Assembly (NCBI GenBank): GCA_016861205.1
Contig: BOKX01000001.1
Location: forward strand, 766,528-830,527
DNA: 64,000 nt
DNA from: Patescibacteria group bacterium
GTDB lineage: Bacteria > Patescibacteriota > Microgenomatia > UBA1400 > PJMF01
Direction of reading: 5' to 3'
Shown piece after piece: positions 48,513 to 58,774 of the stretch (the stretch's first letter is position 1; the number at the start of each line of letters is the position of its first letter). Under the pieces are notes generated by a model that ran no database searches, was not told the DNA's origin, and saw nothing but the letters and a program-made list of their open reading frames with translations. The position numbers and the translations under genes are program-made.

Positions 48513-50204
48513 ATGATATTCACTTTGCCTAAAATTTTGAGCGCCAACGCCAAGTGGCTTGAGCAGCAGCAAAACACGATTTTGTCGGCGGCGACCATCA
48601 TCACGGTTTTTAACATCGTTTCTGCCTTGTCCGGTATCATTCGCAATCGTGTTTTTATCACGGTTTTCTACGATACAGCAATCGCTTCAAAAGAAGCTTT
48701 AGACGCCTTGTATGTAGCCTTTCAGGTACCGGACATGTTGTTCCAGTTGGTAGTGTTCGGCGCGATGTCGGCTGCTTTTGTACCTGTATTTATCAGCCAT
48801 CGCCGTCAGGATGAAAAAGTCGCCTTCCACATGACATCCATTGTTATGACCCTGTTATTGGGAGTGTTTGCTCTATTTTCAGCTGTCATCTTTTTCTTAG
48901 CTGAACCAATTACTCACTGGCGAACAGGCCAGCAGTTCACCGCCACCCAAATTGAAATTGTGACGAACTTGACTCGAGTTATGTTGGCTGGCCAGTTTTT
49001 CTTAGCTATCTCTAGTTTCTTTGGCAGCATTTTAAATTCATACCAACGATTTGTGATTCCAGCTCTCGCTCCAGTCCTGTATAATGTCGGCATTTTGGCT
49101 GGCGTGTACTTCTTTGCCCCTACACTGGGTATTTACTCAGCTGGTTTGGGCGTGGTGATTGGGGCAGCCATGCACATGCTGATCCAGCTCCCGTTGGTCC
49201 TTAAGCTCGGTTTCCGCTATCAACCATCATTCGATATTAAGTACCCTGGAGTTAAATCAATTTTGGCTCTGACACCGCCACGCATTTTAGCGGTCAGTGT
49301 TGGAGAAATTCGCGACCTTTTACTCGGTTTTTTCGCCACCTCGATCGGCAACTCCAGTATGTTGATCATGCAGTTAGCACTCAACATTATGACTGCGCCG
49401 ATTCGGTTTTTCGGGGTACCAATTAGTCAAGCTGCCTTGCCATTTTTGTCGGAGGAAGTGGCCAAAAATGATCAAACCAAATTCCGCGATCTGATTGTTC
49501 AATCTCTGCACCAGATTTCCTTTTTCATCTGGCCGGCATCTGTCTTGGTCTTGATTTTGCGCGTCCCAATTGTTCGTTTGCTGTTCGGCGCTGGAAACTT
49601 ACCTTGGACGACCACGGTCACTACGAGTAAAGTAGTCGCACTGATCGCACTCTCGATCGCCGCACAAGGTTTAGTGCAGCTGATCATCCGGGCTTTCTAC
49701 GCGCTTAAAGATACTCGGACGCCTCTGTTGGTCGCTCTGGTTGACATTGTGCTCTATCTGGTAATAGCCGGTTGGACCGTGTTTGGGCTGAACTGGGGCG
49801 TCTATGGTCTAGCTCTGGCAACTAGCTTAACAGCCTGGTTTGAACTGATCGTGATCATGGCCTGCCTGGATCAGAAAGTTCGCTGCTTCAGCACCAAACC
49901 ATTCATAGTGCCGCAGTTGAAAATTCTCGCCGCTAGTTTCTTCATGGCTGTTTTTCTGTATCTGCCATTCCGGATTCTGGACGAACTGGTTTTTGATACT
50001 TCACGCACCATCGAACTGATTGCTCTGACCATTACCACCAGTACCGTCGGCATGCTGGTGTACGTCTACTTCGCAGCTCTATTCGAAATCCGGGAGCTAC
50101 GATTCTTCACTAAAGTTATTACTTCCTTTGGTCCATGGCGAAAATCACTCGAGAAAAGTCCTGAAGTTCTCACCGAAAGCAGTGTGGAAGGTGACACGCT
50201 CTGA
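48513..50204 (+). CDS. murJ: lipid II flippase MurJ (MviN family)
   Basis: 563 aa, 14-TM MOP-superfamily pattern with a conserved N-terminal region. Confidence 0.85.
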   Translation: MIFTLPKILSANAKWLEQQQNTILSAATIITVFNIVSALSGIIRNRVFITVFYDTAIASKEALDALYVAFQVPDMLFQLVVFGAMSAAFVPVFISHRRQDEKVAFHMTSIVMTLLLGVFALFSAVIFFLAEPITHWRTGQQFTATQIEIVTNLTRVMLAGQFFLAISSFFGSILNSYQRFVIPALAPVLYNVGILAGVYFFAPTLGIYSAGLGVVIGAAMHMLIQLPLVLKLGFRYQPSFDIKYPGVKSILALTPPRILAVSVGEIRDLLLGFFATSIGNSSMLIMQLALNIMTAPIRFFGVPISQAALPFLSEEVAKNDQTKFRDLIVQSLHQISFFIWPASVLVLILRVPIVRLLFGAGNLPWTTTVTTSKVVALIALSIAAQGLVQLIIRAFYALKDTRTPLLVALVDIVLYLVIAGWTVFGLNWGVYGLALATSLTAWFELIVIMACLDQKVRCFSTKPFIVPQLKILAASFFMAVFLYLPFRILDELVFDTSRTIELIALTITTSTVGMLVYVYFAALFEIRELRFFTKVITSFGPWRKSLEKSPEVLTESSVEGDTL

Positions 50205-50225
50205 GGAAGTTTGTACAATGGGTGA

Positions 50226-50852
50226 GTGAAGAAGAAGACTGCCCAAGTTAACATCAACCTGGCGCCTAAAGATCCGTTTTTTGACACGACTCTGGGGAAG
50301 GTGTTGCGGTGGTCACTGACGGTCGGCCGCTACATCGTGATTTTCACAGAGTTAGTCGTTATTTTTAGTTTTGCCACCCGTTTCACTCTCGATAGACGCG
50401 TCACTGATTTAAACGACTCCATCTTTCAAAAGGAAAGCGTAATCAAGTCGTATGGGGACTTGGAAGATAAAGTTCGACTCACCCAGTTTCAAATCGAGCA
50501 GTACCAACAAGTCGAGCAACTCTCCAATCTTGCTGACATTTTCCCAATCTTGAGCGCCATTACACCCCAAGACGTTCGGCTGGATAATTTAGTTATTAAA
50601 CCAGCCTCGGTTAGTTTGGAAGGCACCACCCTAACTCAAAGTTCTTTTAACACTTTGATCAATAACATTCAACTTTCGGGCAAGTTCTTCAATGTCACCG
50701 TGGATCGAATCGAAAGTGATCAAGAAAAAAATCCGGGAATTCACTTTGTGTTGCATGCTGCAACACAGCCTCCAGAAGTCAAAACCACTGTTCAAAAAAC
50801 CGAAGCCAAAACCAGCGTACTAGATCGAACCCAAGGACTGGAAGGCATTTAA
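50226..50852 (+). CDS. type IV pilus assembly protein PilN-like
   Basis: N-terminal VNINLAPK (INLLP-like motif), single TM, coiled coil. Confidence 0.6.
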   Translation: MKKKTAQVNINLAPKDPFFDTTLGKVLRWSLTVGRYIVIFTELVVIFSFATRFTLDRRVTDLNDSIFQKESVIKSYGDLEDKVRLTQFQIEQYQQVEQLSNLADIFPILSAITPQDVRLDNLVIKPASVSLEGTTLTQSSFNTLINNIQLSGKFFNVTVDRIESDQEKNPGIHFVLHAATQPPEVKTTVQKTEAKTSVLDRTQGLEGI

Positions 50853-50859
50853 CAGACCT

Positions 50860-51480
50860 ATGGCTAATATTCGCACGCAACTATCTACTACCCTCAACCA
50901 GTTTTACCATCAGCCAGTGGCGAGAGTGTCACTGGAGCTGTTCTTGTCACTTGGCGCTGTCATGTTCTTTGCTGTTTTTGCCATCCGCCCCACCTTGCTG
51001 ACCATGTCTGATTTGGTCAAAGAAATCGAGGATAAAGAAAAATTGGACGGGCAGCTCGGTCAAAAAATCGCTGCACTCTACTCAGCCCAAAGCGAGTACT
51101 TAACACTTGAGCCACGGTTGCCACTTTTGAACGAGGCTATTCCAACCGCCCCCCAGCTCATCAGCTCGTTGAAGATAATTGAGAAGTTGGCGAGTGACCG
51201 GCGGCTGGTCATCTCATCACTCAACATCAACTCGATTCCCAACGAAACCTCTATAACCAACCTAACCACCCAAACAAAGCGCCAGGTAGTTTCAGTGACA
51301 GTGACAGTCATTGGTGACTATCCTGTCATTCGCGCTTTTGTGGAAGATCTTCGGCAGTTACGCCGAGTGATGATCATTGAAAGTATTGCTTTTAGTAATA
51401 GCGACAACGTCCGAGGTCAAACTCGAGGCTTGCGTGCCCAGATTCAAATCGGGCTACCATACTATGGAGCCGCCCAATGA
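50860..51480 (+). CDS. type IV pilus assembly protein PilO-like
   Basis: N-terminal TM + coiled coil + alpha/beta domain. Adjacent to pilN. Confidence 0.5.
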   Translation: MANIRTQLSTTLNQFYHQPVARVSLELFLSLGAVMFFAVFAIRPTLLTMSDLVKEIEDKEKLDGQLGQKIAALYSAQSEYLTLEPRLPLLNEAIPTAPQLISSLKIIEKLASDRRLVISSLNINSIPNETSITNLTTQTKRQVVSVTVTVIGDYPVIRAFVEDLRQLRRVMIIESIAFSNSDNVRGQTRGLRAQIQIGLPYYGAAQ

Positions 51481-51914
51481 ACACGTTCCAACGCCAACTA
51501 GCTAGTATTCGCCAACAACAACAGTTGTTGTACATCTTGATCTTCTCGTTCGCGACAATTTTGATTTGGGTCGCCATTGGTTTGTTTAGCTCTCAAAAGA
51601 AAACCGGTATCTCAGCAGAACTCCAAGAACTAGCCAAGCCGCTCAATCCCACCATTAACCGCCAGGTTTTTGACCAGCTCGACCGTGAGCGAACCTTCAC
51701 CGCAAGCGACTTGAGTAACTTTCCTATTTACAAAATCCTGCTCAGTAAAGAAGGCGCTGAACAAGTGGTCACACTCGATGTGAACGAGGCTCCCAGCGCT
51801 CCCGTTATCGTACCTCCCAGCCCGTCACCCACTCCCGTCAGTGTAGCCAGTGAGTCAGCCACCCCGAGTGCATCACCCACTCCCACTGCCACTTCATCTG
51901 GAGCCCAGCCGTAA
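51477..51914 (+). CDS. small membrane-anchored protein with P/S/T-rich tail (PilP-like position)
   Basis: Start overlaps the pilO stop. TM then a P/T-rich C-terminus. Confidence 0.4.
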   Translation: MNTFQRQLASIRQQQQLLYILIFSFATILIWVAIGLFSSQKKTGISAELQELAKPLNPTINRQVFDQLDRERTFTASDLSNFPIYKILLSKEGAEQVVTLDVNEAPSAPVIVPPSPSPTPVSVASESATPSASPTPTATSSGAQP

Positions 51915-51986
51915 CCTTCGGTGCTTTTTCGTGTTGTCACTTGAGACTTAATTCACTAAAGTTGATAGTAAGCGAGTTGGTCGCTT

Positions 51987-53600
51987 TTGTTTGCTATGCA
52001 ACCGATACCTGGTAAAAAGAGTCTGCTACGTCGTCAAATCCCCACATTAATCGGTTTGGGTATTCTGGTAGTTGGTTTAGTGGCCGGAATGCTCTTTATC
52101 GGCCAGGGCGCGGGCGTTTTTGCCCCTCGCGCTACGCCGCAAACCACCCCCAAACTCATCAAGATTACAAATGTTAGTGACACTAGCTTTACTGCTTCAT
52201 TTTTAACCGACGAAGCCACCGTTGGCTTTGTGAAGTACGGTACCGAACCTACTCGGCTCAACGCACAAGCTAGCGACGATCGTGATCAACTATCAGGAAC
52301 GGTCGGCAAGTATAGTTTGCACCACATCACTGTTCGTGGTTTGGACCCTGCCACCACCTACTACTTCACACTTGGCACAGCTAGCACAGCCGATTTTGAT
52401 AACAACGGCTCTCCGTTTACTGTTACCACCGCCAAACGAGGTGGAACACCATCGGCAGCCAAAACTAGTTATGGTAGCGTCGTCACCAGTAGTGGTACAC
52501 CGGCTGAAGGTAGTGTTGTCTACGTCACTATTAACGGTGTAGGCGAGTTGTCATCTTTGGTCAAAAACTCTGGAAGTTGGGCTGTGCCACTTTCGAATGC
52601 ACGTACCAGCGACGGGGCTAACTACGCCAAAATCGAGGACACCGATAGTATGGGCTTGATGGTTCAAGGACCAAGCGCTGCTCAAACCAGCCAGTTAACG
52701 GTCACTGTTAAAGACTCACAACCTGTCGCTGCCATTACTCTAGGTCAAAATGGCGCGGCTATGGCAGCCAAAATGACCGACGATTCAGGAACTGGTGGTC
52801 AAAGTAGCGAAACCTCCGACAGTACGACTCAAGCTACTGACTCCGCAACTACCGGCTTGACAGCAACCTCAACCGCCACAGGTTCTGGTGCGACTGGCGG
52901 CTTGAACACATTGCTAAGTCAAAGCGATTTATCAGCTAGTGGCAGTGCCACTACTGCTACAAGTAGTGCTTCACCTTCTGCCGTGGTGAACTTGGAAAGC
53001 ACCAAACCACAGGTGGTTACAACAACCCAACCAGTGATTACTGGTAAAGCTGCTCCGAACGTTCGGGTCAGGATCGAAGTTCATTCAGACAACCAGATCA
53101 ACTACGAACTGGTGGCAGACGCCAACGGTGGCTTCACACTTGACGTAGCCAAACTCTCTGAGCAACTTGAACCAGGCGAGCATACAGTCACCTATGCCTA
53201 CACAGATCCAACCACAGGACAAGAAGTAGTCAAAACCCAAACGTTCACGGTACAAGCGCCCACGAATCAGCTCGCTCAAGCGACGACCACAAAAACGACA
53301 GGCAGTTCAAGCACCAAGAGTAGCTCACCATCGCCGACGCCATTTAGCTCATCAAATCCATTCCCAGTCGGTGGTGCCAGTGGCAGCGCCACACCCAAGC
53401 CATCTCCAAGCAGTAGTCCGGCCGCTAGCGGCTCGTCCCGCGTCGCCTATCCGTCGACAAGTAGCGGCATTCCAGTCTCTGGAACCCTCAGCACCACCAT
53501 CTTCTTAGTGGCCGGTGGCTTAGTCTTGATGCTCGCTGGTACCTGGAGTTTCTGGATGGCTAAACTTTGGACTACAGATGACGGTGATCCAGAAGATTAA
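51987..53600 (+). CDS. secreted fibronectin type III-domain protein with S/T-rich region and C-terminal TM anchor
   Basis: KITNVSDTSFTASF...HHITVRGLDPATTYYFTL is an FN3 signature. C-terminal IFLVAGGLVLMLAG TM followed by an acidic tail. Confidence 0.6.
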   Translation: MFAMQPIPGKKSLLRRQIPTLIGLGILVVGLVAGMLFIGQGAGVFAPRATPQTTPKLIKITNVSDTSFTASFLTDEATVGFVKYGTEPTRLNAQASDDRDQLSGTVGKYSLHHITVRGLDPATTYYFTLGTASTADFDNNGSPFTVTTAKRGGTPSAAKTSYGSVVTSSGTPAEGSVVYVTINGVGELSSLVKNSGSWAVPLSNARTSDGANYAKIEDTDSMGLMVQGPSAAQTSQLTVTVKDSQPVAAITLGQNGAAMAAKMTDDSGTGGQSSETSDSTTQATDSATTGLTATSTATGSGATGGLNTLLSQSDLSASGSATTATSSASPSAVVNLESTKPQVVTTTQPVITGKAAPNVRVRIEVHSDNQINYELVADANGGFTLDVAKLSEQLEPGEHTVTYAYTDPTTGQEVVKTQTFTVQAPTNQLAQATTTKTTGSSSTKSSSPSPTPFSSSNPFPVGGASGSATPKPSPSSSPAASGSSRVAYPSTSSGIPVSGTLSTTIFLVAGGLVLMLAGTWSFWMAKLWTTDDGDPED

Positions 53601-53633
53601 ATAGCCCACACGATAGTTGGATAAATCCACTGG

Positions 53634-53663
53634 TTGACAGTAGGGGTAGTTTTTTGAAATTAT
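53634..53663 (+). promoter_or_regulatory. candidate sigma70-like promoter for the Cys-rich gene array
   Basis: TTGACA, 18-nt spacer, then an extended -10 TGAAATTAT. Confidence 0.3.
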
Positions 53664-53698
53664 GAGTGAACACTAAGCTGAAATTGAGCTGAAACTGT

Positions 53699-55492
53699 AT
53701 GATTGCTTCATCCCCAAAGTTCCGTAAAAAAGCCTCACTCACCCAACTTCCGATCAGTATGGTGGTTGGACTAGTTGTGGTAGCCATCATGGTGGTGGGG
53801 GCCGTAGCCGCTATTTACTTGTCAAATCAATCAACAGAACTTCGCCAGCAAGCCGCTGGTGAGCGAGCCGTGGTTTGTGCTCCCGGGACTTGGTCTTCGT
53901 GTGGTTCAAATGCCACACCCACCTGTCCCACTGGCCAAGCTCGACGTTGTAGCACCAACAATACCTGGGGAAACTGTCAAACACCTCCCGCCGGCACGTG
54001 CGGCGGTAGTGTGCAACGCTGCGGTGTCTGTAACAACAGTGGCGACTGTGCGGCTGGTCTAACTTGCCGGGTTGTTGCTGCAGGATATCGTTGTGTGACC
54101 AGCACTGATACCAACTCAGCCTGTCCAAATGACGGCGGCACTGGCCAGCCTATCCCAAATTCATATGGTTCATGTAGCAATGGCTGTTGTACGGTGACAC
54201 CGGCCGGCTCAGCTGCAGGCTGCTACGTTGTTGGGTACCAATGTCCAGGTGGTGAATTACCTTGTGGTCAAAATGGCAGTACTTCCAATGGCACAATGTG
54301 TAATGCGGCTGGCTACTGTGGCAGTCAGCAAGTCGATCTACGTTGTCCGGGCTACTCAACAGCAGGCTCTTTCCAAACCTCTAGCAAACCCATGAACTGT
54401 GGTAGCACGCCAACGAACCCACCAACGACCCCTTCAACACCTCCAGGTACTGGTGGCGCGCCAACCCCAGTTCCGACCCAACCCCCAACACCAATTAGTT
54501 GTGCTGGCTTGGAGATTCTCGACCCTGTTACCTTACAAAAGTTACCCACCAAACCAACTACAGGTCAGTCTGTTCGATTCCGCTGTATTGGGGCGGCCGG
54601 ATCACAACCTGATTACTACTTCTTTGCCTACACGGATGTTCTCGGTCAGGCTATGAAGCTGATTTACCAAGGTCCCAGTGACCTGACATTCCCCATCACC
54701 GTCCAACCCTACATGGTTGTGCAGTGTAACCCTTGCCGTGGCAGCGAGTGTTCTTCTGGAGAAAGCGTCAATCAAAACTGTACCTTCATCAATCAGGCTC
54801 CACCAAGCCCTACACCTAGTCCCTCACCGACACCAGTTGCAGTTGCTTGCTACAGCTTGACACAGTCAACTGTTGCCACGAATCAGAATGGTACCGTTAC
54901 CTATCGATTTACTTGTGGCGGTGCCCCTGGAAGCAACTACTATTTCTTCGCCTACCAAAGCAGCCCAACGGGACCAATGCAACCATTCGCTCAGGGTCCA
55001 GCGAACACAGCAGATCTGACAGTGGCAACCAACTCATACTTAGTTGTGCAGTGTAACCCTTGCGTCGGTAGTACCTGTTCTAGCAGTGCCTCAGTCAATA
55101 ACAACTGTACCTATCGTCAGGCGGCTATAACCAGTCCAACCCCTGTAGCCTCTGCAGTGTTGCCATCACCAACTCCAGCCATTACCCCTGGACCGCAATG
55201 TTTAGGCATCACTTTGTCGAACACTAATGCACAGGTCGGTGATGTGGTTACTGCTACCTGTACCCAAGTTCCAGGTGCCGCCCGCTACATTAGCCGTGTT
55301 ATGTTACCAAGCGGTCAGATCCGGGATCTAAACATGACTGGTCGAGTATCAGAGCAAGTACAAATCACTAGTGCCGGTACATACGTTTTCCAGTGTCAGA
55401 TTTGTACCGACAACACGACTGCCAGTTGTTTCGCCTACGAACCAACTTCAGTCATATATGAAGACCCAATTGCACCACCAGGAACCAATTAG
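53699..55492 (+). CDS. cysteine-rich secreted mosaic protein (paralog 1)
   Basis: N-terminal leader/TM ...ELRQQAAG, a Cys-dense region, P/T linkers, and three copies of a ~85-aa domain (VRFRC.GAAGS..YYFFAY...VQCNPC.GS.CSS..SVN.NCT). Confidence 0.6.
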   Translation: MIASSPKFRKKASLTQLPISMVVGLVVVAIMVVGAVAAIYLSNQSTELRQQAAGERAVVCAPGTWSSCGSNATPTCPTGQARRCSTNNTWGNCQTPPAGTCGGSVQRCGVCNNSGDCAAGLTCRVVAAGYRCVTSTDTNSACPNDGGTGQPIPNSYGSCSNGCCTVTPAGSAAGCYVVGYQCPGGELPCGQNGSTSNGTMCNAAGYCGSQQVDLRCPGYSTAGSFQTSSKPMNCGSTPTNPPTTPSTPPGTGGAPTPVPTQPPTPISCAGLEILDPVTLQKLPTKPTTGQSVRFRCIGAAGSQPDYYFFAYTDVLGQAMKLIYQGPSDLTFPITVQPYMVVQCNPCRGSECSSGESVNQNCTFINQAPPSPTPSPSPTPVAVACYSLTQSTVATNQNGTVTYRFTCGGAPGSNYYFFAYQSSPTGPMQPFAQGPANTADLTVATNSYLVVQCNPCVGSTCSSSASVNNNCTYRQAAITSPTPVASAVLPSPTPAITPGPQCLGITLSNTNAQVGDVVTATCTQVPGAARYISRVMLPSGQIRDLNMTGRVSEQVQITSAGTYVFQCQICTDNTTASCFAYEPTSVIYEDPIAPPGTN

Positions 55493-55517
55493 CAGCCAGC
55501 ACTCAGCGGAATAACGT

Positions 55518-56468
55518 ATGACGACCACACCTATCAAACAACCAATCCGAGCCACAAAGCTGTTTGGCTTTGATCGCAAAGCAGTCTTAACTGTGTTGGC
55601 GTTGGTGGTGTTCGTAATTGCCGGCCTCAGTGGTGTCTTAATTGCCCAACGTCAGCGTCAGATCAGTGGCCCAGTTGCTCCCACGGCTCCAGGTTCACGC
55701 CCACAGGCAGCGTTTCAACAGTTACATACTTGCACTGTGGCACTCACCGTTCCCAACCCCATCCCGACGCCCACACCGTTTATTAGTCCGTCACCAAGCT
55801 TAGTTCCGACACCTACTCCATTTGTTAGCCCATCACCTAGCTTAGTCCCAACTCCCATCCCGACACCCACTCCCACCACCTACTCATGTAACAGTTCGTG
55901 TACCACGAACGCACAGTGTCAGACTGCGAACGCCGCTTACATTTGTTCCAGTGGTAAATGCCGCCTCAACGGCAATGTCGGCAGCACTACCTGTACCTAT
56001 AAATGTAACAGTAGTTGCGTCAGTGACGCGGAGTGTCAAACTGTCAATCCAGACTACATCTGTTCCAGTGGCAAATGTCGTATGAAGTACAATCCCAATG
56101 CCACCAACTGTAGTTATAGTTGCCCAGTCATCAATGCAAACCCCAAACCACCAGTTACCACCTGTGCGCCGGCCGCCACAGAAACGGGCACCATCACTTG
56201 GTACTGGACACCGATCAGTGGGCACAACAGCACCACCCAGTATCAAATCCAGGTGCTGAACAGCAACAATCAGGTCGTCGGCGAAGATAAGGGCTGCAAA
56301 CCCGGTGACGAGTACTACAACTGTTACCAAGGCCACTGTAGCTACACCAGCTATCACTTGCCTGGTACATATAAGGCCCGAATAAAAGCCTGTACCAGCA
56401 GCTGTCCGTCAACAACCACGCAGGGATTCAGAACCACAGTCAGCAAGACGATTGGTGTCTGCCAATAA
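55518..56468 (+). CDS. cysteine-rich secreted mosaic protein (paralog 2)
   Basis: Leader ...PQAAFQQ, PTPTP linkers, two repeats CNSSCx3AxCQTxNxxYICSSGKCR. Confidence 0.6.
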   Translation: MTTTPIKQPIRATKLFGFDRKAVLTVLALVVFVIAGLSGVLIAQRQRQISGPVAPTAPGSRPQAAFQQLHTCTVALTVPNPIPTPTPFISPSPSLVPTPTPFVSPSPSLVPTPIPTPTPTTYSCNSSCTTNAQCQTANAAYICSSGKCRLNGNVGSTTCTYKCNSSCVSDAECQTVNPDYICSSGKCRMKYNPNATNCSYSCPVINANPKPPVTTCAPAATETGTITWYWTPISGHNSTTQYQIQVLNSNNQVVGEDKGCKPGDEYYNCYQGHCSYTSYHLPGTYKARIKACTSSCPSTTTQGFRTTVSKTIGVCQ

Positions 56469-56493
56469 ATCCCAAAAATGAGCCAAAAGTTCC

Positions 56494-56526
56494 AGAGCCA
56501 GCGTCAGCTGGCTCTGTTAGTTCTAG
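56494..56526 (+). terminator. candidate intrinsic terminator/attenuator between array genes
   Basis: AGAGCCAGC-GTCA-GCTGGCTCT then GTTAGTTCTAG. Confidence 0.4.
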
Positions 56527-56687
56527 ACTGGCGATGAGCGCACTTGGCTTCGGCTGAGCCTCTCCCGATGCTTTACCGAATAAATCGACTATTGACGAGT
56601 GGTCAACAAAATCGCTATCCTGATGATTAGGCTTGTCACGAGTGGTTCTGTCGTTGGAACACCGCAGACAGCTCTACAAAACGAATC

Positions 56688-58760
56688 ATGATTAACGCTA
56701 CCCCTTCACTGCCAACTGCTTCATCACAACCTCCAAAAGACCCGACTTTTGGCGCTAAGCCGGCTCCAATGGCCATGAAACCAAAAGCCAAAACCAACTG
56801 GAGAATGATTCTGGGACTCGGTGTTTTGTTACTGGTGATCGTCGGTGGCGCCGCTGGGTTCTACTTGACCCAAATGGGTGGACTGGATGTGCGACAACAG
56901 GCAGCAGTAACCAATCCATGTAGTGATATTGCGGCAACGTGTTTAGTTGGTTCAGCTAGCTGTCCTGCCGGCCAGAATAAAGTAGGTACTTGTTCAGATC
57001 GAGGCGAACAGGGCTCTTGCTGTAAACAGCCGGGCGGCACTGTAGCCTGTGCTGACTCAGCTGCTACTTGCAATGTTGGCGCGACAAGTTGTCCAAGTGG
57101 TCAATTAAGAACCGGTTCATGTTCAGATCGTGGTGACCAGGGATCATGCTGCAAACCAGCTAATGTGTCACAGCCATGTTCAGATTCTACTGCCACTTGT
57201 ACTCTTGGTGCCTGTGGAAGCGGCCAAGTTAGTGTAGGATCATGTTCTGATCGAGGTGAACAAGGCTCTTGCTGCAAAACGGCACCATCATGTTATGACT
57301 TGAACCAAGGTTGTATCCGAATTACTTCTGCAGAGTGCAGCAATGGTGTTGGTGCAGGAAAGTACACAGACCTTGCTCAATGCCAAGCAGCACGTTGTAC
57401 TCCACAACAGTTGGTTGCAATCAATTGTCCAACCGGCGAGGAACCTTATTGTAATAATGGGACGCCTGCTTGCCGATTGAGCGCCTCAACCAATCCAAAT
57501 CCAGTTGCTCTACAAGGCTGTAACCAAGCGTGCAATAGTAGTGCATATTGTACCTGTCCCGCTGGTTGCGCAGTTCAAACTCAAATTTCTATTGGTCAAA
57601 ACTGTGGCGGCAATACTACACCTACTTTAACTGCCTGTAATCAAACCTGTAACAGTCAAGCGGGTTGCAACTGTCCTTCTGGCTGTGCTCAAAGCTTCGC
57701 TCAAAATGGAGGCACCTGTGGTGGTAACACCACTCCAACTCTGACTAGCTGTACCCAAACCTGTACTGCTCAGGCCGGTTGCAACTGTCCATCTGGCTGT
57801 TCACGAACCTTTGCTAACAATGGCCAAACTTGTGGCAGTGCTGGCACCGGCGGCACCATCACCTACTGTCCGAACTCGCCTACCACCCCAGCTCGCCGAT
57901 ATGTTAAGTTCACCTGTCCGAACGGCTGTCAGTTAACCACCGAACAGGGTGTAACTGCCTGGCGCTGCTATGAGAGACGCCAAGACTCCACCACTCCTCT
58001 GACCCTGAACGGTGAGTGTGGTCAGGTCGACGTTTTATCAGGCGATACTGATGCAACCTATTGTGGCTACACTGAGTACACCTGTGATCAGGCTCGCTGC
58101 CAGCCTCAGCAGACCCCGCCTCCAAGTACCCCTCCAGCTCAGGCCAGTTGTGTCCGCTTAGAGTTGCTAGATGAAACCGGTAGTACTGTCCTGAATCAAA
58201 CTCCAGCCAGTGGCAATGTTCGCTTCCGCTGTGTGGGTGCCCCAGGTAGCAACTACTACTTCTTTACCGCCCGTAGCAACCAGACTGGTCCACTTAACCT
58301 AATCTACCAGGGTGACAGTAGCATGACGTTCCCAATTGCTATTACCGATTACTTGCACGTTCAATGTAACCCATGTATCGGCACATCATGTGCGAGTGCC
58401 GAGAACGTTAACACCAGTTGTAACTTCGAGTACACCCGTCAGATTCCACCCGGACCACAATGTCTGGCTCTGTGGATGGCCAGTACCGAGAATCCAACTG
58501 TGTCTCTGACCAACCCACACGTCGGTGACAGTATCTTGCTCGGTTGTGGCCAAGTTCAGGGCGCAGCTCGCTACGTCTTCCGAGTGACCGAGCCAGATGG
58601 TAACGTCGTGAACCTGCAGCCGCTCGATGTGACTGCTGCGCCACGCACCTCACAGGCTTACACTATTACTAAGCAAGGCCGACACTATGCGCAATGTCAG
58701 ATCTGTACCGGCCAAGCAGACAGCACCTGTTTCGCGTACGAAACCTTACCTAGCAACTAA
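56688..58760 (+). CDS. cysteine-rich secreted mosaic protein (paralog 3)
   Basis: Leader ...DVRQQAAV. 3x ~42-aa repeat (C.D...TC.VG..SCP.GQ...GSCSDRGEQGSCCK), 3x ~38-aa repeat (CNQTCNSQAGCNCPSGC...CGGNTTPTLT), then YYFF/VQCNPC domain copies. Confidence 0.6.
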   Translation: MINATPSLPTASSQPPKDPTFGAKPAPMAMKPKAKTNWRMILGLGVLLLVIVGGAAGFYLTQMGGLDVRQQAAVTNPCSDIAATCLVGSASCPAGQNKVGTCSDRGEQGSCCKQPGGTVACADSAATCNVGATSCPSGQLRTGSCSDRGDQGSCCKPANVSQPCSDSTATCTLGACGSGQVSVGSCSDRGEQGSCCKTAPSCYDLNQGCIRITSAECSNGVGAGKYTDLAQCQAARCTPQQLVAINCPTGEEPYCNNGTPACRLSASTNPNPVALQGCNQACNSSAYCTCPAGCAVQTQISIGQNCGGNTTPTLTACNQTCNSQAGCNCPSGCAQSFAQNGGTCGGNTTPTLTSCTQTCTAQAGCNCPSGCSRTFANNGQTCGSAGTGGTITYCPNSPTTPARRYVKFTCPNGCQLTTEQGVTAWRCYERRQDSTTPLTLNGECGQVDVLSGDTDATYCGYTEYTCDQARCQPQQTPPPSTPPAQASCVRLELLDETGSTVLNQTPASGNVRFRCVGAPGSNYYFFTARSNQTGPLNLIYQGDSSMTFPIAITDYLHVQCNPCIGTSCASAENVNTSCNFEYTRQIPPGPQCLALWMASTENPTVSLTNPHVGDSILLGCGQVQGAARYVFRVTEPDGNVVNLQPLDVTAAPRTSQAYTITKQGRHYAQCQICTGQADSTCFAYETLPSN

Positions 58761-58774
58761 TATAAACACACTGT

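Noticed and set aside
55884-56357. 157-aa minus-strand ORF antisense to the Cys-rich paralog 2
   Set aside because: Antisense to a gene whose repeat structure is conserved across paralogs. The product is low complexity.
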